Part shown: in pieces, positions 35,665 to 46,444 of the stretch
Position numbering within the stretch: position 1 is the stretch's first letter
How the letters are laid out: each line of letters opens with the position of its first letter
Assembly: GCA_963665115.1 (NCBI GenBank)
Contig: OY762007.1
Location: 224,001 to 288,000 of the forward strand
Length of the DNA stretch: 64,000 bases
DNA from: an uncultured Rivularia sp.
GTDB taxonomy: Bacteria > Cyanobacteriota > Cyanobacteriia > Cyanobacteriales > Nostocaceae
Direction of reading: 5' to 3'
Notes under the pieces: generated by a model
What the model saw: the letters and a program-made list of their open reading frames with translations, nothing else
What the model was told of the DNA's origin: nothing
Databases searched by the model: none
Translations under genes and position numbers: made by a program

Positions 35665-37338
35665 ATGTGGAGTGTCAAACAAGACGGTTTATCGCCAATT
35701 CGGGATAGGGGTGTTATGAATAATTCTCATGATAAAGCAGATGATAGTAAGGATATTCCTAATTTTGAACTTGTTGAGCAAATAGATTTGATGATTCGAG
35801 CGCGGTATCCTCTACTATATATGGTTGCCGTGGAAGAAGAGCCTTTAGAAGAGGTTTTGTTTAAAGTTGCTGCGCTTTCTCAACCACCGCGTCAGGTGTT
35901 GTATTGGGATATTGTGCGTGGTTGGAGCGATAACGGTGCGGATAAAGGCTCTGTAATGGCACCTCTGGCTCGGATTGGTAAAGCTGATGCCCAAAAATCG
36001 GTTATTTTCGTGTTGCGGGATTTGCACCCATACGTCAAAAATCTGACTACGGAAAGAAGTGCGCCGATTGTGCGGGAGTTGCGAAATTTAGCCAGGGAAT
36101 TGAAGCGCAGTCGTAAGTCTATTATTCTTACCAGCCATACTTTGGAAGTACCTGAAGAGTTGAAAGAGGAAGCTACGGTTGTTGATTTCCCTTTACCCGA
36201 TGTACCTCAAATTAACTATTTAGTTGAACAGTTGGTGGTACCGGAAAAGCTGAAATTAGCAGGTTTGGCGCGGGAGCAGTTGGTAAAAGCCTGTCAGGGA
36301 TTAAGTCGAACCCGGATTCAGCGAGTTTTGGCGAAAGCTTTGGCAGCGAAACAGCAGGTTAATGAGTCTGATATCAGCGGTGTTTTGGCAGAGAAAAAGC
36401 AAACTATTCGTCAAACCGGGATTTTAGAATTTTTTACACCTTCCGAATCCTTGAAACGAGTCGGAGGATTAGATCAACTTAAACAATGGGTGCAGTTGCG
36501 TCAAGATGCTTTCACCGAAGAAGCCAGACGTTACGGTATACCCAATCCCAAAGGAGCATTGCTCGTTGGAATTCAAGGTACGGGTAAATCTTTGAGTGCA
36601 AAAACCATTGCTCACGAATGGCGTTTACCGTTATTGCGACTTGATACAGGGCGCTTGTTTGGCGGAATCGTCGGCGAAAGTGAAAGCCGCGTGCGCCAAA
36701 TGATTCAGCTTACCGAAGCAATGGCACCATGCGTGTTGTGGATAGATGAAATAGACAAAGCATTCGGAAATATTAGTAGCGGTGTTGATGGAGATTCGGG
36801 AACATCGCGACGGGTATTTGGTAGCTTGATTACCTGGATGCAGGAGAAAACTAGTCCGGTATTTATTGTTGCCACGGCGAATAACGTGCAAATATTGCCA
36901 GCAGAATTGTTAAGGAAGGGAAGATTCGACGAAATATTCTTTTTAAACTTGCCCACCGAAGCCGAAAGACAAGACATTTTCAAAGTTCATATTCAGAAAT
37001 TACGTCCCAACCGAGTGCGAGATTTTGATTTAATTTTATTAGCTAGTAGAACAGAAAATTTCAGTGGAGCAGAAATAGAGCAAGTAATAATTGAAGCAAT
37101 GCACAATGCTTTTTCTAGTAAACTTGACGGGCAGCGTCGCGACTTTATCACCGAAGATATACTTAAAGCAATAGAAGTTACAGTTCCTTTGGCTTCCATA
37201 GCTAAAGAACAAATTGATGCATTAAAACAATGGGCAGCTCAAGCAGGTGCAAGGAGTGCTTCTAATGACGTGCAGTTAGTAGAAGAATTGAAACAGTATA
37301 GCTCCGGGAATGGGATATCGCCGTTGGAAGTCGATTGA
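35665..37338 (+). CDS. Ycf46-family AAA+ ATPase
   Basis: IRARYPL..EEE N-domain, VGGLDQLKQW, GIQGTGKS Walker A, VGESE pore loop, WIDEIDK Walker B, ATAN, RKGRFDEIF; alternative start 35716. Confidence 0.92.
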   Translation: MWSVKQDGLSPIRDRGVMNNSHDKADDSKDIPNFELVEQIDLMIRARYPLLYMVAVEEEPLEEVLFKVAALSQPPRQVLYWDIVRGWSDNGADKGSVMAPLARIGKADAQKSVIFVLRDLHPYVKNLTTERSAPIVRELRNLARELKRSRKSIILTSHTLEVPEELKEEATVVDFPLPDVPQINYLVEQLVVPEKLKLAGLAREQLVKACQGLSRTRIQRVLAKALAAKQQVNESDISGVLAEKKQTIRQTGILEFFTPSESLKRVGGLDQLKQWVQLRQDAFTEEARRYGIPNPKGALLVGIQGTGKSLSAKTIAHEWRLPLLRLDTGRLFGGIVGESESRVRQMIQLTEAMAPCVLWIDEIDKAFGNISSGVDGDSGTSRRVFGSLITWMQEKTSPVFIVATANNVQILPAELLRKGRFDEIFFLNLPTEAERQDIFKVHIQKLRPNRVRDFDLILLASRTENFSGAEIEQVIIEAMHNAFSSKLDGQRRDFITEDILKAIEVTVPLASIAKEQIDALKQWAAQAGARSASNDVQLVEELKQYSSGNGISPLEVD

Positions 37339-37492
37339 AGAGAGAGGGGGAAGAGGGGGAAGAGGGGGGATGGGGAGATAGGGAGATGGGGAGAAATAGC
37401 GAGCAAGATGCTCGCACTACATAAATAAGATTAATATTTCTAATTCCCAATGTCCAATTACCAATTACCAATTACCAATTACCAAATTAATC

Positions 37493-37867
37493 ATGTCACA
37501 TTTTACAAGTATCAAGGTTCAAATTAAGCACGGTGAAATTTTGCATCAGGTGTTGCAAGAATTAGGCTATCAAGTTGAATGCAATACTCAAGTAAGAGGA
37601 TATCATGGCGATCGCACTCAAGCTGAATATGTAATTCGGCAAAATAATGGTTACGATTTGGGTTTTCGTCGTCAAGGTGAAAATTATGAAATCGTAGCTG
37701 ACTTTTGGGGTGCGAAGATTAATCAAAAGCAATTTGTAAATTCAATTACTCAAAAGTATGCTCATAAAACTCTGATGAATACTGTTGCGGAACAGGGTTT
37801 TAATGTTGAGGAAGAGGAAGTTTTATCAGATGGTACCGTGAGGGTTGTTGTGGGGAGTTGGGTTTAG
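37493..37867 (+). CDS. DUF1257/Ycf35-family protein
   Basis: MSHFTSIK, VRGYHG, DLGF, ADFW, QKYA, GF.V.EE...DGTVRVVV. Confidence 0.88.
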   Translation: MSHFTSIKVQIKHGEILHQVLQELGYQVECNTQVRGYHGDRTQAEYVIRQNNGYDLGFRRQGENYEIVADFWGAKINQKQFVNSITQKYAHKTLMNTVAEQGFNVEEEEVLSDGTVRVVVGSWV

Positions 37868-37940
37868 TTCGTAGTTGCGCTTTAGCGCCAAAAATGTAGA
37901 GCGCTGAAGCGCTACTACGAACCAATTATCAATCAAAATC

Positions 37941-38348
37941 ATGTCACATTTTACAAGTATAAAAACTCAAATAAAAGATAGAGACGCATTAGTTAAAGCT
38001 TTGGCTGATGTGGGTTTAAAAAATATTGAAGTTCACGAAACCGCAGAAAGTTTATATGGCTATCAAGGTGATATGCGAGCGGAAACTGCTGAGGTGATTA
38101 TTCGACGTAAATATGTTGGATCTTCTAGTAATGATATTGGTTTTAAATTACAGGATGATGGGCAGTTTCAAGCGATTATATCTGAATATGACCGTCATCG
38201 ATACAATCAACAATGGTTGGGTAAGGTGATGCAGCGTTACGGGTATTATACTTTGATGGCTTCGGCTGAGGAGCAGGGGTTTGCGGTGGAGGAAGATGAG
38301 GTGATGGAGGATGGTACGGTTAGGGTTGTTGTGGCGAGGTGGGCTTAG
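37941..38348 (+). CDS. Second DUF1257-family protein
   Basis: MSHFTSIKTQI, LYGYQG, SNDIGF, SEYD, QRY, GF.V.E...DGTVRVVV. Confidence 0.85.
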   Translation: MSHFTSIKTQIKDRDALVKALADVGLKNIEVHETAESLYGYQGDMRAETAEVIIRRKYVGSSSNDIGFKLQDDGQFQAIISEYDRHRYNQQWLGKVMQRYGYYTLMASAEEQGFAVEEDEVMEDGTVRVVVARWA

Positions 38349-38375
38349 GGGATTTTGGGTTGGGGAAATATTTTT

Positions 38376-39579
38376 TTACTCGGCTAATCCCCAAACTTTG
38401 ACTGTTTGATCGCTACTTCCGCTGAACAAATATTTTCCATCTGGGACTTAAGACGATTGAGTTAACTTCTGCTGAATGTCCTGTTAATGTAGCTTGAAGT
38501 TTTCCAGTTCTCCAATTCCAAACTTTGATTGTTGTATCGTTACTAGCGCTGATTAAAGTTTTACCATCTGGGCTAATTGCAAGGGAGTTAACTCCTAAAG
38601 AATGTCCTTCTAAAGTTCGTATTAGTTCTCCTTTCTGCCAATTCCAGATTTTAATTGTATAGTCTCCGCTACCGCTGAATAAGGTTTTTCCGTCTGGAGT
38701 TAGACATAAAGCTTTTATCCAAAATGAATGTCCTTCTAAAGTACGTATTAATTTTTTCTGTGCTTGCCAATCCCAAATTTTGATTGTATAGTCTCCGCTA
38801 CTACTAAATAAAGTTTTTCCGTATACAGTTAAGGAAAATATAGGTTTCGTATGTCCTCGTAAAAGACATTTACGCTTATGATGAGATATATCCCATGCTT
38901 TTATGGTACCTTTTTCATTACCAATAAATAGAATATCACCACTCTTATTAATTGTTAAAGAATGATGCAATCCACTATCATTACGATTTAAAATGTGTTG
39001 AGAATATGGTTCTTTCCAGCTTAATTCTAAAATCAAACCGTTTCTACTGCGAATAAAAACAGTTTCTCTCCGTTGGTTAATACACACAAAGTTAATTGCT
39101 TCGCTATCGTAAGATAAAAAATCCTCGTCATTCATAAAAAGTTTTTTAAATTGCTTTTTCCGCCATTCCCAAATAATAAGGCTGTCTTCACCACCGCTAA
39201 TAACAGTACCGTCGGGAGATATACAAACCGAATTAATTCTAGATTCATGTTCTTCAAGCGTTGAAGTACAATCAAAAATTTGATATTTACTATATTTTTC
39301 TAATTTCTGTACAATTCGCGTTTCCTCTCTTTCTTTCAATATTGAATATGCTATTTTTTTAACCTCTTGTTCATTATCTAGTAAAGCTTTGATTATTAAA
39401 TCTAAACCAGCTTCACTATAATTCAATGCTTGATATAATCCTGCAATTCGTGCTTTCACATCAGGATTCTGTAAGCTTCGTTTAACACCTTCAATTCCTC
39501 CCAAAACTGCACCATCAATAGGAGCTTGATTTCCACCACCAAGCACCACATCGTATTCTCTGGGTTGATTGTCTGACAT
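38376..39579 (-). CDS. N-terminal VLGG/HEAT-like module plus WD40-repeat protein; apparent +1 frameshift at 38443-38445
   Basis: QPREYDVVLGG..GAVLGGIEGVKR; GH...W(D/N) repeats; removing one base gives SPDGKYLFSGSSDQTVKVWGLAE*. Confidence 0.85.
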
Positions 39580-39690
39580 TGCATTTTTACCACTTCAATA
39601 TTATTAGTATTCCCAGTTGTGGAAGGAAGTATTACATTTTATAGGTAAATATTTAAATATATATAACCTCACCCTCAATCCCTCTCCTTG

Positions 39691-40314
39691 TTAAGGAGAG
39701 GGAAGTAATTCTAATTGAATTTCGCATTGTTTAAATATAAAATTGAGCGCTGCAAATAATTTGTTTAAGTCAGATATGGTATAAATATTGATTTCTTTGG
39801 TAAATAAATTATCTGTTAACTTACCAAACTGCCAAACTTGCCCATTAGATACAATACCAAAGACTGATTGTTGCTTTAACGAATCATTTATCTTCTGAAT
39901 CGCTACCATTTCCGATAAACATTGACCCCAACCTTTGATAAAATCATCTTTTTTAGCTTCTACAGCAACAAAAAAAGGTTTGTCAAATACTTCTTTTCCT
40001 AAAGCAGATTTTTTAGCTAATAGATAATCAGGTATTCCCGATAATTTTTCATCGTAAACGAGTGCTTTGTGACTCCATAAAGTGAATTTATCTCGGTAAC
40101 TGCGATAGAGTTCTTTTAAAACGGGAAAAATTATTGCTTCACAAATCGCGTATTCGGATTCGTTATAGTTAAATTCTCTTAATGAGAACATTAATTCTTC
40201 TTGAAAGCTTTCTCTAATTATAAATTCTGTTTCGATGATGAAGTTTTCTTCGGTAGAACTGATATTGTATTCTTTTAAAACTTCGCCGATGTTTTTGTAG
40301 GAATCAAAGGACAT
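39691..40314 (-). CDS. Cyanobacterial PD-(D/E)xK-fold (HsdR_N-like) hypothetical protein
   Basis: SE...CE..IFP, G.PDY, VEAKKDDF..GWGQC..EM, GIVSNG..WQF. Confidence 0.65.
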   Translation of the reverse strand: MSFDSYKNIGEVLKEYNISSTEENFIIETEFIIRESFQEELMFSLREFNYNESEYAICEAIIFPVLKELYRSYRDKFTLWSHKALVYDEKLSGIPDYLLAKKSALGKEVFDKPFFVAVEAKKDDFIKGWGQCLSEMVAIQKINDSLKQQSVFGIVSNGQVWQFGKLTDNLFTKEINIYTISDLNKLFAALNFIFKQCEIQLELLPSP

Positions 40315-40391
40315 TGCGATTTCTATGATGAATTCTTTGATATTATAATTTTAACTGTAATTTATTTAAATAAATTTTGGAATGACTGTAT

Positions 40392-40640
40392 ATGTACAAC
40401 GTAGAAATACCTGACAACCAAGCAGACTTTGCAAAATTACTCCAGCGTGTATTATCCGGGGAAGAAGTAGTAATATCCCAAGACGGTAATCCGATTGCAA
40501 GAGTAGTTCCAATTGCTGATAAATCATTACCACGAATTCCTGGTTTAGATAAAGGTAAAGTGGTGATTGCTTCGGATTTTGATGCTCCTTTACCTGATGA
40601 TATTTTAAATAGTTTTACTAATCCTGTTGATAATTTGTAA
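40392..40640 (+). CDS. Phd/YefM-family antitoxin
   Basis: LLQRV..GEEVVI...G.PIARVVP, DFDAPLP; overlaps the toxin start (TAATG). Confidence 0.88.
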   Translation: MYNVEIPDNQADFAKLLQRVLSGEEVVISQDGNPIARVVPIADKSLPRIPGLDKGKVVIASDFDAPLPDDILNSFTNPVDNL

Positions 40641-41026
40641 TGAAAGCTTTACTTGATACTCATGCTTTTTTATGGTGGGTTACAGAAGATTCTCGGCTTT
40701 CATCTACAGCTAGAAATATAATTACTGATTCTAATAATCAGCTATTTTTAAGTACAGCAAGCGCATGGGAAATTGTAATTAAAGCACGATTAGGTAAATT
40801 AACTTTACCAGAACCACCTGAGATTTACATTCCAAATCGTTTAACGGTAAATAGATTTGAAAGTTTATCAATTCACTTGATTCATGCTTTACAAGTTGTG
40901 AATTTACCAGATTTACACAAAGATCCTTTTGATAGAATTATAATAGCTCAAAGTCAAGTTGAGAAAATGCCGATTTTAACTTCAGATAGTCAAATTAAAC
41001 GGTATTCTGTTGATATTATTTGGTAA
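40640..41026 (+). CDS. vapC: VapC PIN-domain toxin
   Basis: LLDTHAFLW, SAWE, HKDPFDRIIIAQ, TSD. Confidence 0.92.
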   Translation: MKALLDTHAFLWWVTEDSRLSSTARNIITDSNNQLFLSTASAWEIVIKARLGKLTLPEPPEIYIPNRLTVNRFESLSIHLIHALQVVNLPDLHKDPFDRIIIAQSQVEKMPILTSDSQIKRYSVDIIW

Positions 41027-41048
41027 TTATGTGCTTATTTTTCTACTT

Positions 41049-42245
41049 TCAACCCCAGATTTTAACTGTTTTATCTCTACTACAACTAACAAGAGTTTTA
41101 CCATCGGGACTAATTGCTATACTGTAAACCCAATCTGTATGTCCTTCAAGGATACGGATACATTCTCCTGTATGTAAATCCCATATTCTAATTGTTTCGT
41201 CTCTACCACAACTGACAATTGTACTTCCATCAGGGCTGATAGCTACACAATAAACTAAGTCTTTATGTCCTTCTAATGTAAATTGAAGTTTTTTCGTTTC
41301 TAAATTCCAAATTTTTATTGTTTTATCTTTACTACCGCTAACAATTGTCTTATTATCTGGACTGACAGCTACTGATTCAACACCTTTTGAATGTTTCGTA
41401 TTTTTAAAAGTATGTATTAATTCTCCTGTTTCTACATTCCAAGCTTTGACATTTTTATCGTTAGCACCACTGATGATAGTTTTTCCATCTGGACTAATTG
41501 CTAATGCTTGAACCAAATAACTAGAATGTCCGGGAAAAGTATTAATCTGTTCTCCTGTTTTCAAATCCCAGACATGAATTCCAACATTTTGATAAATATG
41601 TTCAGCACCACAGAAAAGTTTATTTCCATTAGAACTAATTGCTAAGGAAAATACTTGATATGAACGTTCTTCTAAGGTCAACAAGCATTCCTTTGTTTTC
41701 AAATCCCATATTTTAATCATATTATCGCGGTCATAAGTACCACCTCTAGTAATAATATTTTTGTCATCAGGGGTAATTAAAATAGTTCTCGGGTATTTAT
41801 GATTTATAGAAGTTGCTTCAACTTTTCCCGTACATAAATCGTATATATTTATAGAGTTTGAACCATCAAAAAACACTTTTCCATTTGAATCAATAGCAAT
41901 ACACCTACTGTTAACATTTGGTAAAGTATGAATACATTCCATCTTTAACCAAGGATTATATTCTTCCAAGGCTTGTTTTACTTTCGCTTCTTCCCTCTCA
42001 CGTAATAGCGAATAAGCAGCAAAACTTACTTTTCCAAGCTCTTTCTGCCAAACTTGAATCACAAACTCTAAACCCACATCTCCATAATTCAACGCTTCTG
42101 AAAGTGCAACAATCTTCTGTTGAATATTCGCTGTTTCCCAACGTCTTTTAACACCTTCAATTCCCCCTAAAACAACACCATCAACAGGAGCTTGATTTCC
42201 ACCACCAAGCACCACATCATATTCTCTAGGTTGATTCTCCGACAT
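41049..42245 (-). CDS. N-terminal VLGG/HEAT-like module plus WD40-repeat protein
   Basis: QPREYDVVLGG..GVVLGGIEGVKRR; about 7 WD40 repeats. Confidence 0.9.
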   Translation of the reverse strand: MSENQPREYDVVLGGGNQAPVDGVVLGGIEGVKRRWETANIQQKIVALSEALNYGDVGLEFVIQVWQKELGKVSFAAYSLLREREEAKVKQALEEYNPWLKMECIHTLPNVNSRCIAIDSNGKVFFDGSNSINIYDLCTGKVEATSINHKYPRTILITPDDKNIITRGGTYDRDNMIKIWDLKTKECLLTLEERSYQVFSLAISSNGNKLFCGAEHIYQNVGIHVWDLKTGEQINTFPGHSSYLVQALAISPDGKTIISGANDKNVKAWNVETGELIHTFKNTKHSKGVESVAVSPDNKTIVSGSKDKTIKIWNLETKKLQFTLEGHKDLVYCVAISPDGSTIVSCGRDETIRIWDLHTGECIRILEGHTDWVYSIAISPDGKTLVSCSRDKTVKIWG

Positions 42246-42527
42246 CACAATTACCTCTCTAAAATCTCTTTCCTCTGCGCTCTCCGCACGCCACTTGCTA
42301 CAAGTCGGGAAACCCGCCCAATGCAGTGGCTTGTCTCTGCGGTTTAATAATTCAATCAGTTAAAACAATTACAAACCTCTTAACTGCGTTCACATCCACC
42401 TGGGGTTGCAAACCCCAGGCTAATAGCGAAAGTCCTATAAATAGGACTAGGATTTTCACGCTTATAATTTAGTAATTTATTTTCAAAATTTTATTTATAT
42501 TCTAAGTATTTATACTAAAAATTCAAA

Positions 42528-44094
42528 TCATTTTAATTTAGCGATCGCCTCTCTCACAATCAAGGCTTTCCCTGTCAATAAATCCCGCACGGTAGCTACC
42601 AACATCCTCTGCTCGTTAACGCCAAATTTTACGGAAACTCTATCGATTCCCAATTCTCCAGGTGGCTCTAAATGCGCTATACAAACTTGTTGATGTTGAG
42701 TATCTAAGGAGCGATAGGTTTCCTGTTTCACTAAATGACTGCTTGTCATTCTTCCTTGAGCATCATAAGTAACTTCAGCTTGAGACATTTCCGCAATTTC
42801 ACCGATGTCGAGACGAATCTCTTTTTGTCCTTCTATGGCTGCCTGTAATATCAATGGTTCGTCAATTCTGGCTTTTTTATCGTTATTCCCTAAATAATTT
42901 GTACCTTTTTCAATCAATGTCATGTAGGAATATTTTTTACTATGGGGTTCCCATAACCGAATTGCATAGCTATGACGCAAATAATCATCGATTTCTACCA
43001 TTTCGTTTAAAGCCAAACCCCCATGTGCTACTGCTTCAAAGGGTTTGTCTAATTTAACTTTCTGTCTGCCAAAATAAGAAACAATCAATTGCTGTACTGC
43101 TTGAATTTGACAGCTACCTCCCACTAATAAAACCTTTTCTATATCCGCTTTGCCGATTCCTTTACTCAAGGCGATCGCTAACACTTCATCTAATGTCTGT
43201 CGCAGTTGCTCTAATAACTGACGATTCTCTAAAATATCTGCTAATTCATTCGGGTTTAACTGCAATTCGTGAGACATAAAATTCTCGTCGTCAAACCAAG
43301 ATTCCTTGGCTTCATTATCTGTGGAAAGCTTCATTTTCAATCTTTCGGCAATTTCCAATAAATTCTGATAACCAATTTCCCCTACTTCTTCCCGACTTGA
43401 ACTTGTTTTTCGCAGATAATCTTCGACAATCCAATTATCGATATCTATTCCACCCACAAAAGCATCGGATTTGGCGATAACTTCCGCACGTACAGATGAA
43501 GATTGAGAATTACTTTTGACGGTACGAACTAAACTTAAATCCAAAGTTCCACCACCGAAATCCACCACCAAAACCAAGCTGCCGGGGCGTTTTACAGCAT
43601 AACCTAAAGCTGCTGCTGTGGATTCATCAACGATTTGCAATTCGGGAATACCGAGCTTTTCACCCAAACCGTTAAACCAATGCAAATATCTTTCAAAAGC
43701 ACCCACGGGAACGGTAAAAATAACTCGACTGGGTTCCAATTGTTGTTTTACGTGACTCCAAATTTCTTTTAAAAACAGTTCCGATATCGCTTCAGCACTG
43801 TAATTAACATCATCCAAAACGCGGGGAGGGGGAACAAAATCCGCCGCTAAATCCCGTTTAAATGCTTGAAAATACCGCTGTGGTTGACTAAAACCCAATC
43901 TTTGAGAGCGTACAGGTTCGCCAAAAATCAAATTATTTGGCGATTTGACGAATACTTGCGAAGGAATCACGCTTACTTGGTTGAAACGACGTGAAAGCGA
44001 ATCAAATTTTAATGTACGCGGTTGTTGAGTAATAGTGTCGGTGGTACAAACAATGGTATTGCTGGTTTCCGAAGTCGATAATTATTGTTGTCAT
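42528..44094 (-). CDS. Atypical Hsp70/DnaK-family protein; apparent +1 frameshift at 44066-44068
   Basis: Corrected N-terminus MTTIIIDFGTSNT; IPS, TVP, ESTAAALGY, VDFGGGTLD, GGIDID, LVGGS; divergent C-terminal beta domain and no helical lid. Confidence 0.88.
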
Positions 44095-44329
44095 GAGTCT
44101 GGTTGTTGAATGTGTGAGGGGGTGGAGGGGGTAGAAAGAGGAATGAGGAATTATTTTAATTACTATAAATTTTGATTTTTGAAACGCAGAGGAATACAGA
44201 GGGAAACGCAAAGGAGCGCAGAGTTTTTTGTTCGTTTTTTTATAATTCCGAAGCAAGGGGAAAAATATTCGCAATTGTGAATGATTTATTCTTCCCCCTC
44301 TACCCCCTCTACCCTCTCTCCCCCCTCTC

Positions 44330-45112
44330 TTACTTCCCACCCGGAAGTGTACGACTAACTTTAGCGGGGGAAAGGATGTTACCTTGATGTTGATATCCTA
44401 TAAAACGGATGTAAACTTTTTCTCCTTGTTGAATATCTCCGGTGTCTGGTTGATGGATTTGGGGATTGTATTCAACTTGTTCCCAAGGTTTACCGATGGG
44501 TTGGTAATCCCATTCTTTTAATAAGTTGTCGAGAGGGGTGAAGCTGGAAAGTAAATTTTTCGCTGGTAATTCTGGTTTTACGTTTACCATCTGATGAATG
44601 CTGGGATAATTGACAAGCAGGGTTTGCAGTTTTTCAAATGTTGATTTACGAAATTCCTGGGTTAATTCAAGTTGCTGCTGTTGTAATTCCGAATGCAATC
44701 GCAAACCATCTTTTCGCAAAGTTTCTTTTTCTTGAGTTAGCTGCTGTAACTGCTGCTGTAATTCCAAACATTCCCGACGCTTCTTTTCTAACTCCGGATG
44801 TGGTGGAAGTATTCCCAATTTATCGAGAAAATTTCCTAATGGGATTGAGAGCGCGATCGCAATTTGTTCCAATTCATCCAAACTCAACGAATTCCCGTCA
44901 CCGTCTCGCAATTTCCATATAGCAGAATTGCTCAAACCGGATTTTTGCTGCAACTCTTTCCAATTAGCAATCTTATTTCGACGCATTAACTCCAAAAGTA
45001 ACTCGTCATTGCGATTTCCCGTAGCGTAGATTTTAGCTAATACAAACCGGATGATAGCAACGGATGTAATTATGATGAGAATGAATATTAATGATGTGTA
45101 GATAATTTTCAT
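44330..45112 (-). CDS. TM + XRE-type HTH + coiled coil + GrpE-like fusion protein
   Basis: N-terminal TM; ELQQKSGLS..AIWKL..G..LEQIAIALSI; C-terminal IG...YNPQIHQ...GY...LSPAKV. Confidence 0.78.
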   Translation of the reverse strand: MKIIYTSLIFILIIITSVAIIRFVLAKIYATGNRNDELLLELMRRNKIANWKELQQKSGLSNSAIWKLRDGDGNSLSLDELEQIAIALSIPLGNFLDKLGILPPHPELEKKRRECLELQQQLQQLTQEKETLRKDGLRLHSELQQQQLELTQEFRKSTFEKLQTLLVNYPSIHQMVNVKPELPAKNLLSSFTPLDNLLKEWDYQPIGKPWEQVEYNPQIHQPDTGDIQQGEKVYIRFIGYQHQGNILSPAKVSRTLPGGK

Positions 45113-45195
45113 ATTTTAAAAGAGATTAATGTAGAGACGTAGCACTGCTACGTCTTGCCAACGTATACCGCACCTAACTGTAATTGCGAATTGTT

Positions 45196-45414
45196 TCAAC
45201 CGTTTTTATTCTTCAAAGATTGATTTTCAGTTGAAGTAATATTTTCCTCCCCTTCGTAATATTCGGGAAGCAATTCTTGACTTTCCACTTCTCCTAAAGC
45301 GTCTTCAATTCCGGAAGTGGTTTCGGTACATCCAGCACCGGAAGCGCCGATGACATTCTCAGTAATTTTACCGTCTTTACCAATGCGATATTCTACTTTC
45401 CTATACTCAGCCAT
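45196..45414 (-). CDS. DUF2997-family protein
   Basis: IGKDGKITE.V.G..G..C...T..IE.ALG.V......EYY. Confidence 0.85.
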   Translation of the reverse strand: MAEYRKVEYRIGKDGKITENVIGASGAGCTETTSGIEDALGEVESQELLPEYYEGEENITSTENQSLKNKNG

Positions 45415-45577
45415 GATTTATTCCTCTGGGTAGATAATACAGTTATAACAATGTAATGGGGCATTGGGCATTGGGCATTGGGAATAGGAAATGGGAATGA
45501 AGAAAACAACTAAGGAGCAAGATGCTCCCACTACGGTTTTTTCTCGCCATCTCACTATCTACCCCCTCTCCCCCCTC

Positions 45578-46423
45578 TCACACTGGAATCCTCTCCAATA
45601 TCCCCTCACCAAAAACTTTATCTAATTCCAAATAATCGAGATGCACGTAACCGATATGACAGTGACAGGTTTGGTTACTACAATCACGCTCTCGTAATAC
45701 TTGCTGCCAATCTTGGTGATAAATATTACCAATGGGCTGTTTAATAAAATGGCATCTCCTCATCGTACCTTCACCGTCAACGGAAATCATCGATTTACCA
45801 GCGCGACAGGAACGCCCAAAGCTGGGATAATGATGGGTGTTGAGGTGATAAAGTGGATCGATGGATTCAAAGAATTTTCTGTCTGATGGTGATAATTGAG
45901 AAATTTGTTTTTTGACAGCATTAATCCACAGATAAACGTGAGAGGGTAATTCCTGACGTAAAGCTGCAATTTCGTTTTTGTACTGGGGAAATCCGACAAC
46001 ACCAGCACTAAAACGAACTTTACGTTTATCTAATTCCAGACATTGGGAAACATAACTTTGACGGGATACCCATTCGGGATGAAAAGTAGCCCATAACGCT
46101 AAAGTATCCTTGTTGCAATCTTCCACCCAATCCAAATTACAGGAGAGATTGGTTTGAATTGCGGCTTTGTTAACGTGAGACATTTGGGTTAAGTTAACTA
46201 AAGCTTGTTGATAGTGCTTGTGGATGAGAGCTTCACCCCAAGGAGTAAATAAAATCGAAAATTGATGCTGGGGATGTTGGGAAATCCAATCTACGAAACG
46301 TTGTAATTGTTGTTTGTCAATGTTTGATTCCGCTGCTGTTTGTTGACGTTTGGCGAAGGGACAATATTCGCATCCGTAGTTACAGCTGATGAGGGAACCT
46401 CGGTAGAGGATTTTTAGGTGCAT
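45578..46423 (-). CDS. Radical SAM protein, STM4011-like
   Basis: ILYRG.L.SCNYGCEYCPF (CxxxCxxC), FTPWGEAL, QTNLS, C-terminal Cys cluster CRAG..RRCHF..C...CHCHIG. Confidence 0.85.
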   Translation of the reverse strand: MHLKILYRGSLISCNYGCEYCPFAKRQQTAAESNIDKQQLQRFVDWISQHPQHQFSILFTPWGEALIHKHYQQALVNLTQMSHVNKAAIQTNLSCNLDWVEDCNKDTLALWATFHPEWVSRQSYVSQCLELDKRKVRFSAGVVGFPQYKNEIAALRQELPSHVYLWINAVKKQISQLSPSDRKFFESIDPLYHLNTHHYPSFGRSCRAGKSMISVDGEGTMRRCHFIKQPIGNIYHQDWQQVLRERDCSNQTCHCHIGYVHLDYLELDKVFGEGILERIPV

Positions 46424-46444
46424 TTTTTGGTTTTTATTTAGGGT

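Noticed and set aside
44002..44387. 112-aa and 71-aa ORFs between Hsp70 and the GrpE fusion
   Set aside because: Mostly translated intergenic repeats; only the end of the minus-strand ORF overlaps the true Hsp70 start.
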